This document shows, in pieces, positions 18,801 through 28,200 of a stretch of DNA of 35,876 bases. Each line of letters opens with the position of its first letter. The stretch's first letter is position 1. Made by a program: the position numbers and the translations under genes. The stretch is taken from positions 1-35,876 of the IMG/VR virus record IMGVR_UViG_3300005512_000132, one strand, 5' to 3'. This DNA comes from a virus. Taxonomy: Duplodnaviria > Caudoviricetes. The notes beneath the pieces were generated by a model. The model made no database searches, was not told where the DNA came from, and was given only the letters and a program-made list of their open reading frames with translations.

Positions 18801-19975
18801 AAGATATCTTCAATCAATTAGGTTATTTTGAAATTGACGATTATATAGGAGATCCGAACGATGAATATTCTGAAAAGTATCCTAGATTAATTAATTTTTC
18901 TACAAATTACTGGAAAAAGTATGATAATCGAAATGATTTTGAAGCTTATTTTCGAGCTTTAGAAATTTATGATTTTTCATTGTTTAAGTATATTAAACAA
19001 CTTCTACCTAACAGAGCTAATCCAATTGTAGGACTATTGGTTGAACCAAATGTGCTGGAACGAAGCAAAGTTCGCATAATGCGAAACAAGCCTGGTATTG
19101 AAGATCTTACTTACGATATGTCTTTGGAACGCGAGCCTGAATTGACAGGCGAGTATAGTTCTATACCAATGACTATTGATTGGCCATTAGAAATTGAATC
19201 TAATGTTAATGACGATATATCATTTGGAATTGACATTTCTAGAAATTCAGAAATTGAATTTTCTTCAGAAGTTTTAAGTAATTTTGAAGTTGGTCAAATT
19301 GATAATTTAACTAATCAAAATAAATTACCAAACCAGTGGATACAAAATCGATATATTGGAGTTTATAAAATACAAGAATCTGCATCGTATGTAGCATACG
19401 ACCCTAATTCAATTGTATTAAATTCAAGACCGTCTACGTATTTAGTTGACAAAGAAGAAAGATATAAAATTTTAGCATGGTCAGGGTCAAGTAGTACTGC
19501 ATCAGGCGGTTTTATTGCTAGATTTAACCTTCCATATCCAGGAACGTATTATGTAAGTGCATCATTTGATGATTTAAATGCGGATGTCGATATACGTACT
19601 CCTACTCTTTTAGATACGATACCAAGAATTTCTGCATCTAATCGAACAGGATCGTATGACAATGAGTTCAGAATTAATACAAATTTATTAACATTTCGAA
19701 ATGCCGGAGCTAACCCTGTCGTAACTAAACAAATATTAATTTATCAACTTAACTATTCTCAAACTCAAGATTTCATACCACGTGGTACATTAAATCATCG
19801 TTATTTAGGATCTAAATTAACAGCTTCTGCAGTTAACGTTGATACATCTGTAACAATTGACGGAGGGCCAGTAGTTAAAGTAACTGAAGTCAATCCTAAT
19901 AAATTAGTATTTTCTTCTAACCAATTAACGACTGTATCGAAAACAATATCAGGTAAACAAACCAAATCAAATTAA
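15887..19975 (+). CDS. Large baseplate/tail structural protein with LamG-like domain
   Basis: 1362 aa; LPYILKNKGTSRSIKALL (baseplate wedge/tail protein I-like), LamG-like DNSWHNV...FNGHYHEIRIWS; located in the baseplate cluster. Confidence 0.65.
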   Translation: MPFSNYTNEQDILNSRNLVRGVRLNTKDLEFLDLRPYSVQASYPAPPITEMHVYTSDGVYINGLHNINQYSKVEFNDNNSGDVVEQYLSVDTNSALEELNLTRGQYKIVYNTLYNVIGSYEGQKLWVYEISPSRREVRIRLTDNESNTLRSELLNFYNYYIARSKPSDLFNTYTLNFGFNNIVPIVNIRFDRRNSANPEIVLRLYSPLPADIEEKDKCWISFEVSNPAVTSVTITPQIPERTFNRLSGPNFDLEELESTSIATDFKSWNDLLGSNITTSQQLVDSYFSGSLSGIKLNINYRLFDNYVHYSSAVERVKNFHYKLQLIEYYSDQIQTLSQVNGGDITNVNIQDVFSKRNSVVSSFDDFEKYLFFESTGSKLYTHYDITGSIDPWPKTQPTSLQWQQAYMLWSQFSQTWQVSSGPDPYGYFSTQVRTTSAQGQTYYQNLLSLAKTYDDNNVHKLENAIPLHLRNLEDADQFLLFVHMLGHHFDILWTYINSLTLIHSREEHPKDGMSDDLLYHVAESLGFKLIDGRSVSDLWKYTIGVDENGDVIQQNVDGRTSLSDRNSTREVWRRIVNNLPYILKNKGTSRSIKALLSCFGIPSTVLTIKEYGGPSTFTDNDHFPEYVHDVYHYAWLSDTGSLELPVTTYVNSLGNTISANTLQFRFKTDENFSYTPNSYYNIFSAPSASVNDVYHLILNTSNVLNEGTLTLFNSVTGNAVSASNVYIFDNSWHNVYVESTNSTGSLKVARTKYGKATYIKSSSFSGDLNVFPTTGTETFTFASGSRALSSPVTLPNGTTVSNLSKFNGHYHEIRIWSGTLNDATIREHGASPNTYTYNIDRISLSTGEQASKPYDHLLQRFTLANKQIESGSFYQNSVHPNQRINTGSLYFIGFTNSGSINFEGFEEQYTTPSPSLGGNSLYTNKIRIDSSSFIPGRTLNTKTRATRSSLDRYSLDSNRLGVYFSPQTAINEDIFNQLGYFEIDDYIGDPNDEYSEKYPRLINFSTNYWKKYDNRNDFEAYFRALEIYDFSLFKYIKQLLPNRANPIVGLLVEPNVLERSKVRIMRNKPGIEDLTYDMSLEREPELTGEYSSIPMTIDWPLEIESNVNDDISFGIDISRNSEIEFSSEVLSNFEVGQIDNLTNQNKLPNQWIQNRYIGVYKIQESASYVAYDPNSIVLNSRPSTYLVDKEERYKILAWSGSSSTASGGFIARFNLPYPGTYYVSASFDDLNADVDIRTPTLLDTIPRISASNRTGSYDNEFRINTNLLTFRNAGANPVVTKQILIYQLNYSQTQDFIPRGTLNHRYLGSKLTASAVNVDTSVTIDGGPVVKVTEVNPNKLVFSSNQLTTVSKTISGKQTKSN

Positions 19976-19990
19976 GATTTTAAGAATATC

Positions 19991-20000
19991 TATATTTATT
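19991..20000 (+). promoter_or_regulatory. Putative late promoter motif (TATATTTATT)
   Basis: 13 nt before the ATG at 20014. Confidence 0.55.
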
Positions 20001-20013
20001 TAAAAGAAAGATT

Positions 20014-20691
20014 ATGGGATACTTAGACAATAGTTCAATAACTGTTGATGCCATTTTAACTAAAAAAGGTCGAGAACTTCTATCTCGGGGCAAAGACGAA
20101 TTTAAAATTTCACAATTTGCTTTAGCAGATGATGAAATTGATTACGATTTATGGAATCCAGCACATCCGCTAGGATCTGATTATTATGGAATTATCATTG
20201 AAAATATGCCGTTAGTCGAGGCTACGTCAGACGAATCAAATATTATGCGTTATAAATTAGTAACGTTACCTAAGAGAACATCTAGAATTCCAGTAATATC
20301 AGTAGCTCAAACGTCTATTACGTTAACGAGTCCTGGACAAAGATTTACAATTACTCCGACTACAATCAATTTTAGTGCAGGAAATTCTACTTTAGGATAT
20401 ACGGCTATTTTAGCAAATTCCGATGCAGTTAGTCTTAGAACAGTTCTACCAGTTACTGCTGGAGTTAGTCCATCTGTACCTAGATTTATCGGAGATGCTG
20501 AATCTGCTCAATCTATTTCGGTTACTGGATTTAGTTTTGAATTAATTGCGAAACAACAGTTAGTATCTGACGTTAATACAACAGTAACTATTATAGGAAA
20601 TGAATCTGGAGGTCGAGTTACAGTTAATGTTACCGTTAAGAAAACGGAACTAGCTACTGCAGCATTCGCGACAATTATTAATGCACAATAA
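20014..20691 (+). CDS. Baseplate/tail structural protein with Ig-like C-terminus
   Basis: ILTKKGRELL...ISQFALADDEIDY N-terminal motif; T/V-rich beta C-terminus. Confidence 0.6.
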   Translation: MGYLDNSSITVDAILTKKGRELLSRGKDEFKISQFALADDEIDYDLWNPAHPLGSDYYGIIIENMPLVEATSDESNIMRYKLVTLPKRTSRIPVISVAQTSITLTSPGQRFTITPTTINFSAGNSTLGYTAILANSDAVSLRTVLPVTAGVSPSVPRFIGDAESAQSISVTGFSFELIAKQQLVSDVNTTVTIIGNESGGRVTVNVTVKKTELATAAFATIINAQ

Positions 20692-20702
20692 ATTAATATA
20701 AT

Positions 20703-22022
20703 ATGGGAAATACATCAGAAGGGTTAAGTTTAGGTACCGGGCGAGGCGGAATTGTCGCTCCAACCGCAGGAACAACCGGACCAAGCGTTATAGCTACAGG
20801 TCTACCCGAAGGATTTGGAGCAGCAATTGAAGCGGAACGTCAACGAGTAATTGACGATCAAACTCAAGTCAATCTTCAAGCAGAAATTGATAGAAGAGCT
20901 CGTGAAATTGCAGATCAAATTATCGCAGATTTAGCTCGTCAAAATCGAGCAGCTGCAAATGGTAGAGTATTTACTAGATTTGACTTAGCTAGCGACGTTA
21001 TTGAAAACCAGAAAACAGAAGTTACTACTGGAGTATTTTCTGGAAATGCAGCTACAATGTCAGCGGCATATACATCGTCAGCTCAAAGCGTATCATCTAA
21101 AAAATATTTTTACGATGTATGGAACGGTACATCATCGACATCAGAATCGCAATTTGCAGTAGCGTATGGCCATAGATTAGGCTCAGGCTCTTCTGCAGAC
21201 GGAACGTTAAATGATTCACCGACACGAGCTATTTATTCACAATATCGTTTATTATTACTTGATCCAACAGATACTACATTTACTTTTGCTAATTCTACAG
21301 ATTCAAATTCAGTATATTTCGTAAACTATAATCGTGCTAGAATTAAAGAAAAATTAGATACAGGTAATTGGGAACTTACTTTAGGCCAGCTTAGTGGTTC
21401 AGCAGTTCCGAACAATGTACATACTGGATCTAATGTTAGATTAGCAGATTCTCCTTCATTTATTACATTAATTGACGATTCAAATCAGTCGCAGCAAAAT
21501 TTTTTATCTAACGGGTCGAGAGTTTATAACATTGTATCAGGGTCGCTAATTAATGGAGTATATTCACCGTCTTCACCGGTATATTATGGATTAGCTTATC
21601 CTGATTTAGGTATTCTAGCACTAAATGCTGACATCTTAGATGTGTCTGCCTCATTTAATACAGTAACAGGATCGAATATTGCTGGAGATAATGCCTTTAA
21701 ATTGTTTACTGCAATATCAGGAGCAATGGCTACTAGCACAACATATGCAGCTCAAGGAAGATCTGCAGAAACAGTGTCTTCGACTCATTATTTCGTTCGA
21801 GTAAAAAATGCTGAATATAATTTTTCAAATAATCCGACATTCGTCACTGGATCAGTAGGAGAAATTGCTCAACCGACCTTTATTAACGATCCTAAAGTTT
21901 ATATTACAACTATAGGTATGTATAACGATCGTCAAGAACTTCTAGCTGTCGGTAAATTGAGTCAGCCAATTAAGAAGACCTTCAGTAATGAAGTTCTAAT
22001 TAAAGTTAAACTCGATTTTTAA
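20703..22022 (+). CDS. Tail/baseplate structural protein
   Basis: C-terminal EYNFSNNPT...YITTIGMYNDRQELLAVGKLSQPIKK...KLDF; paralogous to the next gene. Confidence 0.65.
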   Translation: MGNTSEGLSLGTGRGGIVAPTAGTTGPSVIATGLPEGFGAAIEAERQRVIDDQTQVNLQAEIDRRAREIADQIIADLARQNRAAANGRVFTRFDLASDVIENQKTEVTTGVFSGNAATMSAAYTSSAQSVSSKKYFYDVWNGTSSTSESQFAVAYGHRLGSGSSADGTLNDSPTRAIYSQYRLLLLDPTDTTFTFANSTDSNSVYFVNYNRARIKEKLDTGNWELTLGQLSGSAVPNNVHTGSNVRLADSPSFITLIDDSNQSQQNFLSNGSRVYNIVSGSLINGVYSPSSPVYYGLAYPDLGILALNADILDVSASFNTVTGSNIAGDNAFKLFTAISGAMATSTTYAAQGRSAETVSSTHYFVRVKNAEYNFSNNPTFVTGSVGEIAQPTFINDPKVYITTIGMYNDRQELLAVGKLSQPIKKTFSNEVLIKVKLDF

Positions 22023-22043
22023 TACCTAATAAGTAGACACTTT

Positions 22044-22053
22044 GATATTTATT
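22044..22053 (+). promoter_or_regulatory. Putative late promoter motif (GATATTTATT)
   Basis: Intergenic, 25 nt before the ATG at 22079. Confidence 0.55.
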
Positions 22054-22078
22054 ATTAAAGAGGCTATTTACTATCTTT

Positions 22079-23845
22079 ATGGCAAAATCTGGTGTATTTA
22101 AGACAATTAAAGATCGAGACAAGTCGATTACGCCCTTCAAAGTTTATAAATCTTGGGGATATGCAACTACATCTAGTTTACAACAAGATAATATTTCTAG
22201 ATTAGTAGCTATTAAACCAAACCCAGATTCATATACAGGTGGTATTTTAACTTTAGATAGTCAACAATTTTTAAATGACAGCTCATCTGCATTAATTAAT
22301 TCATCTAGTCAAAAAGAAGCTGGATTGTATTGGTACAGTATCGATCATTTATATTACAAGCGCGCTGGAATTCCATACGATACTTTTGGTAATACAAATC
22401 ATCAAAATATATATCGTACATTATATCCAGAAGCTTCTGTAATTAGTATACCTCAGGTACGATTCGGTGAAACAGTTAGACCAACTTCATTTAAAATGAG
22501 ACTTCGAAATTCTCAATTAAATGCAACTAGTATGTCTTTTTATGACGATGGTCAAGGAAATTTAATTGATGCTCAGTTAAGCTCGTCAATATCAAATGAA
22601 TTGATTTATTTAACGTTTAATTCAATGCGATATGCAAAAAATTGGACAAACAATTCATCAATAGCTCTTTCAACAGATACTGAAGTTACTGAAATAGAGC
22701 GAGAAACGTCTATTCCTGATTTAACAATTTCATCGAAAAATGTTTGGATAACAAATAATTCAGGATATAATATTGGATCTGTTAATTGGGGAGAAGCAGC
22801 AGCATTTTCAAATAATAGTTATATTCGAATACCGACTAACGATCGAATGAATTTCGAACAAGATGACGATTATACAATTTCATTTTGGATGGTATTACCG
22901 ACTATTGCTCCGGCAAATAAAATGTATGTACTATCTAAACGAAGTACAGGATTAATCGATCGATTCAATCCTAATACTCGATTGTTAGTTCGCGGAGACT
23001 TTGATACTAACAGTTCACAGTATCCATTTGATATATACTTAGAAGATTATGGTACAGGACTGCCAGCTGTAGTTTGCAACTATAAAACATCCGGGCAAGT
23101 GTCTAGTGTACAATATTCAGCGTCGCTAGCAGATACAAATAAATTTACTCATTTTGTATTTCAAAAAACAGGATCGATAATGCAGTTGTATTTTAATGGT
23201 CAGTTGCAAAGTTCAGCCTCGCTTCCGTCAGGTAATATACAAAATCAAGCAGATATATTTTTAGGTTCGTTAGGTTTGAATACTGATGGATCAGGTAAAG
23301 ATGGTTATCGTGGATATGTTCGAGAATTTTTAATGTTTGATAAAGCATTAACTCAAACAGAAATTGCTCAGTTGACACATACCGGATCGAATTTAATGAT
23401 TACTAATCGAAATGTCGTAGGTAATATTTTTTACGAACATGGGATAGCAGTATTATCTGATCCTAGACCAAATTACGGAACTGAACAATATAGAATGTTT
23501 AGTGATCAATTATATAATTTACGTACTGGAGCTTCTGAACCGTCTTATTTAGATGAATTTTATTTAGAATTCAATTCAACTAAAACGCTTTATGAACATG
23601 AATATATTTGTAAAATGCGTGGTGACGAATTTAATTTTACAATGAATCCAACCATTCGTAAAAATAACAATCCAAATAGTGAAATTCCAAAACCGATAGT
23701 GGCTTTAGATGAATTTGCTCCTTACATTACTACAGTAGGATTGTATAATAACAAAGGTCAATTGTTGGCGATTGGAAAATTAGGTACTCCTATACGTAAA
23801 CGAGACGATGTAGATTTAAATATTATAGTAAGATTTGACGCTTAA
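22079..23845 (+). CDS. Tail/baseplate structural protein with inserted LamG/concanavalin A-like domain
   Basis: YTISFW...FTHFVF...QLYFNGQL...GYVREFLMFDKALTQTEI (LamG); C-terminal EFNFTMNPT...YITTVGLYNNKGQLLAIGKLGTPIRK. Confidence 0.72.
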   Translation: MAKSGVFKTIKDRDKSITPFKVYKSWGYATTSSLQQDNISRLVAIKPNPDSYTGGILTLDSQQFLNDSSSALINSSSQKEAGLYWYSIDHLYYKRAGIPYDTFGNTNHQNIYRTLYPEASVISIPQVRFGETVRPTSFKMRLRNSQLNATSMSFYDDGQGNLIDAQLSSSISNELIYLTFNSMRYAKNWTNNSSIALSTDTEVTEIERETSIPDLTISSKNVWITNNSGYNIGSVNWGEAAAFSNNSYIRIPTNDRMNFEQDDDYTISFWMVLPTIAPANKMYVLSKRSTGLIDRFNPNTRLLVRGDFDTNSSQYPFDIYLEDYGTGLPAVVCNYKTSGQVSSVQYSASLADTNKFTHFVFQKTGSIMQLYFNGQLQSSASLPSGNIQNQADIFLGSLGLNTDGSGKDGYRGYVREFLMFDKALTQTEIAQLTHTGSNLMITNRNVVGNIFYEHGIAVLSDPRPNYGTEQYRMFSDQLYNLRTGASEPSYLDEFYLEFNSTKTLYEHEYICKMRGDEFNFTMNPTIRKNNNPNSEIPKPIVALDEFAPYITTVGLYNNKGQLLAIGKLGTPIRKRDDVDLNIIVRFDA

Positions 23846-23860
23846 TCAAATTTAATTGTT

Positions 23861-24262
23861 ATGGCAAGAAAAAAATTTAGCAGAAAGCAAGTAGCTGCAA
23901 AGTACGGCTTTCGAAGTGGCTTAGAATTAGAAATAAGTGAGTCACTTAAAAATCGAGGCATTGACGGTCAATATGAAGAAAATGTAATTGAATACATCAA
24001 ACCGATAACAAAACATAAATACCGTCCAGATTTTCGATTACCAAATGGAATTTATGTAGAAACGAAAGGGAGATTTTTAACAGCTGATAGGAAAAAACAT
24101 TTGTTGATTAAAGAGCAACATCCTGAATTAGACATTCGATTTTTATTTCAAAATTCCAAAGTAAAAATTTCAAAAAATTCTAAAACGACATACGCATCTT
24201 GGTGTGAGAAAAATGGGTTTCTTTATGCAGATAAAGAAATTCCAGAAGAATGGTTACGATAA
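23861..24262 (+). CDS. Holliday junction resolvase, T7 endonuclease I family
   Basis: GFRSGLE, YRPDFRLPNGIYVETKGRF, DRKKHLLIKEQHPELDIRF, TTYASWCEKNGF, IPEEWL. Confidence 0.93.
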   Translation: MARKKFSRKQVAAKYGFRSGLELEISESLKNRGIDGQYEENVIEYIKPITKHKYRPDFRLPNGIYVETKGRFLTADRKKHLLIKEQHPELDIRFLFQNSKVKISKNSKTTYASWCEKNGFLYADKEIPEEWLR

Positions 24263-24294
24263 TTAGGAATATAGAATTATTTTTCATATATTTT
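24263..24294 (+). promoter_or_regulatory. Bacteroidota-like promoter upstream of primase
   Basis: TTAG (24263-24266), 20 nt, TATATTTT (24287-24294); TTTTCATATATT at 24281-24292. Confidence 0.5.
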
Positions 24295-24298
24295 TACC

Positions 24299-25252
24299 AT
24301 GAATAATTCTAGGTTGATAGAACTGTTGCAAACTGAACTAGGTAAAGGTAAGATTACAAACAAAGGTAATATTGCATTTTGTTGTCCATTTTGCTCGACA
24401 ACTAAAAAGAAATTGGAAATTCAAACGATAACAAGCGAATCTGGAGAAAATCCATGGCACTGCTGGGTGTGTAATGCCTCAGGAAAAAAGTTATCTTCGC
24501 TGTTTAAACTGTTAAATTTAGGAAGAGAAAAGTTATCTGAACTTCATCGGATACTAGGTACCCAATCTAAGTATAACAGTTTTTCGAAAGATGATGTACG
24601 TGAGTCTACGAATATGCTCGCATTACCAAAAGAGTTCATTCCCTTGTATAAACATTCCAATTCAATTGAGTATAAAAATGCTATATACTATTTGCGAGCT
24701 AAGCGAAATGTATCGCTATCTGAAATTGTTAAGTATGGAATTGGATATTGTGAAGAGGGCGAATATTCGAAAAAAATTATTGTTCCATCGTATGACGAAA
24801 TGGGTAAATTGAATTTTTTCGTAGGCAGGTCTTATTACGAGGCAGAGTCATTCAAACATAAAAATCCAGATTATTCGAAAAATTGCGTTGGGTTTGAACT
24901 ATTTATAAATTGGGACTTGCCAATTGTTTTAGTTGAAGGGGCGTTTGATGCGATAGCAGTAAGACGAAATGCTATACCATTATTTGGTAAAACTATATCT
25001 GAAGATCTTCGTAAAAAAATTATTGAACGTAAAGTATCTAAATTGTATATTTGTTTAGATAAAGATGCACAAAAGCAAGCTCTGAAGCATGCAGAATATT
25101 TTATGAACAATGGTGTAGAAGTATATTTTGTAGATTTACAAGATAAAGATCCTGCTGAAATTGGGTTTGAATCTATGATAAAATTAATTAAAGAAACTGC
25201 TCCATTGTCATTTACTAAATTTATTGAATATAAACTGTTAGCAAAAATATGA
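24299..25252 (+). CDS. DNA primase, DnaG-like (Zn finger + TOPRIM)
   Basis: CCPFC...WHCWVC zinc-binding domain; FFVGRS; LVEGAFDAIA; CLDKDA; DKDPAE. Confidence 0.88.
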   Translation: MNNSRLIELLQTELGKGKITNKGNIAFCCPFCSTTKKKLEIQTITSESGENPWHCWVCNASGKKLSSLFKLLNLGREKLSELHRILGTQSKYNSFSKDDVRESTNMLALPKEFIPLYKHSNSIEYKNAIYYLRAKRNVSLSEIVKYGIGYCEEGEYSKKIIVPSYDEMGKLNFFVGRSYYEAESFKHKNPDYSKNCVGFELFINWDLPIVLVEGAFDAIAVRRNAIPLFGKTISEDLRKKIIERKVSKLYICLDKDAQKQALKHAEYFMNNGVEVYFVDLQDKDPAEIGFESMIKLIKETAPLSFTKFIEYKLLAKI

Positions 25253-28200
25253 TACGAGGAAAGAAAATTAACATGGAATTAACAGAAATTGATAAGATTT
25301 ATCATATTTCAGATGTACACATTAGAAATTTAAAAAGACATAAAGAATACAAAATAGTATTCGATCGATTAGTCGAATCAATTAAATCGACTCTTACTAA
25401 AAATTCAGTAATATTTTTAGGTGGTGATATTGTACATGCAAAAACAGACATGACTCCTGAGCTTGTGCAGTCAGTTCAAGAGTTTTTCAAACAGTTTGCT
25501 GATATTGCTCCTACTATATTAATTACTGGTAATCACGATTGCAACTTAAATAATAAAACTAGATTAGATGCATTAACACCAATCGTTAACGCACTTAATC
25601 ATAAAAATTTATACTATCTTAAAGATTCTGGTGTATATCAAATAGCTGATAAAACGTTTGTAGTAATGTCAGTTTTTGATAAACCGAAAGATTTTATTCG
25701 TGCAGTAGATGTAAAAGGATCTTATAAGATTGCATTGCATCATGGTGCTGTCAATTCAGCCGTTACGGACATTGGATTTACTTTAGTAAATGAAAATGTT
25801 CCAGTTGAATTGTTTGATGGATATGATTTAGTATTGTTAGGTGATATTCATAAACCAGCTCAATATTTAAATCGAGAAAAGACTATTGCATATCCAGGTT
25901 CGACAATTCAACAAAATCACTCTGAAGCTTTAGATCATGGATATTTAGTTTGGGATACTAAAACAAAACAATCAGAGTTTGTTGTAATTGAAAATGATTT
26001 TTGTTATTATACAGTTGATATTGATAACGGCTTGTATGAACCGCTACCTGAAAAATTAAAACGTAAACAAATTCGTCTACGGGTACGAGTACGTGATACT
26101 GATACAGCTGATTTGAAAAAAGCAATTGCAAAAATCAAATCTGAATTTCAAATTGAAGAAACTTCAATTCAGCGAATAAACGATTTTAAATCAAATAAAA
26201 ATAGAGTTCAAAAAATTAACATCGGAGATGTTCGAGATGTAGAATATCAAAATGAACTCATTTCAAAATATTTAGAAAATAAATTTGCGTTAGATGATGA
26301 TATTTTAGATGGTGTACGGTATGTTAATCGTACAGTAAATTCCAGTTTATCGCATACTGAATTAAGCAGAAATGTATCATGGATACCTAAACGATTTGAA
26401 TTTTCCAACATGTTTAGTTACGGTAAAGACAACGTTGTCGACTTTACTAACATGAAAGGTTTATATGGGCTATTCGCCCCTAACGCGTCTGGTAAGTCTA
26501 CTTTTTTAGATTCAATTACATATTGTATTTTTGATAAATGTAGTCGAGCTTCAAAAGCCTCAAATGTGTTAAATAACAGGGCGACATCATTTTCTTGCAA
26601 ATTTCAATTTGAATTAAATGGTAAAGATTATTTTATCGAGCGCGTTGGAACGAAAGGACGTCATGATCACGTGCGAGTAGTAGTTAATTTTTACAGTGTA
26701 GATGATTTAGGTAACCAAGAGTCACTAAATGGTAAAGAGCGTAGTGAAACTAATTCAAATATTCGTTCTGTTTTAGGAACGTATGAAGATTTTGTTTTAA
26801 CTACCTTATCTATACAAAATAACAATTCTGGATTCATTGATATGGATCAGCGTAATCGTAAAGATTTATTATCACAGTTTTTAGACATTAATGTATTTGA
26901 AACTCTTTACGATATAGCAAATGCCGATATTAAAGAAGTAGCTACGTTACTTAAAGAATATAAAAAACAAGATTTAGAAACGAAATTAGCTGAATCTATA
27001 TCTAGTATATCTGAACATTCAAAATTATATTCTGAATTACAAGAACAAAAAAATCAAGTTGAATCTGACATTGAAAAATACAATTCTAAAATTTTAGAAT
27101 TAACGTCGAAAGTAATTCCTATAGATTCGTCAATAACAGATTTAGATAAGTTAGCAAATTTGAAAAATTCAATCAATTCTAAAATTGAAGCTGCTAATAG
27201 AAAAATTGACGACATTGCGATAAAAATTAAAGACACCAAAGCGCTAGTTACTTCACAAAAGATACAGTTAGGTACTTATAACATTGAAGATTTAAAAGAT
27301 AAAATTAAAACTCTAGAATCGTTACGGTCTGAAGAAAAAACAATGTTGTTGCGAATTGAACGGCTTAAATCAGATGTATCTCATAAACTTGAGAAAATGA
27401 AAAAGCTGGAAGATTTGCAGTATGATGAAAATTGTCAGTTTTGTATGAATAATATTTTTGTTAAAGATGCAATTGAAACGAAAGAATCAATAAACTTTGA
27501 CAAAATTAAAGGAGATGAGTTGATTAGACATTTATCTAGTATTCGAAGTCAAATCGAAGCTTTTAAAGGCTCGCAATTGGAACTAAATGAACATAATGAT
27601 TTGCTTCAGCTAAATTCAACGACAAATTTAAATTTAAGTAAATTAACGCAACAGTTGCAAACTGAAACGGAACTTGTTAATAAATCAGAATCTTTAATAG
27701 CAGAAACTGATGCAAAGATTGAACAGTATCATAAGACAAAAGATAGCATCGCTTTAAACAATGAAATTTCTATGGAAATTAATAGTTTAAAATTGGAATT
27801 AGATTTTGAAAAAACTCAATTGCGATCTATTGATCAGGAAATATTAGATACACATTCTGCATTGTCGGTAGCTACTAGAACGAAAGAGCAGGCCGAAGCT
27901 TCAATTGAAAAGTTAAAGGAATTGACTCAACAGTATAAATTTTATGAATATTATTTGCAAGCAGTTTCCAGGGACGGCGTTCCATACGATTTAATTTCAA
28001 CAGCAGTACCGTATATTGAACAAGAAATTAACAACATACTATCACAAATTGTCGACTTCAATTTAATGTTGGATATGGATGGAAAGAATATTAACTGTCA
28101 TATTGTATATGATGAAGAAAATTTCTGGCCAATTGAACTAACGTCAGGAATGGAAAAATTTATATCTTCATTAGCAATTCGTACAGCTCTGGTAAATATA

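Noticed and set aside
8435-23845. Bacterial extracellular contractile injection system/tailocin rather than phage
   Set aside because: Flanking primase, resolvase, Mre11-Rad50 and gp55-like sigma, plus absence of cellular housekeeping context, favour a large phage genome.
10291-24812. Short alternative-frame + strand ORFs (10291, 18348, 24591)
   Set aside because: Fully nested in well-supported genes, about 70 aa, no motifs.
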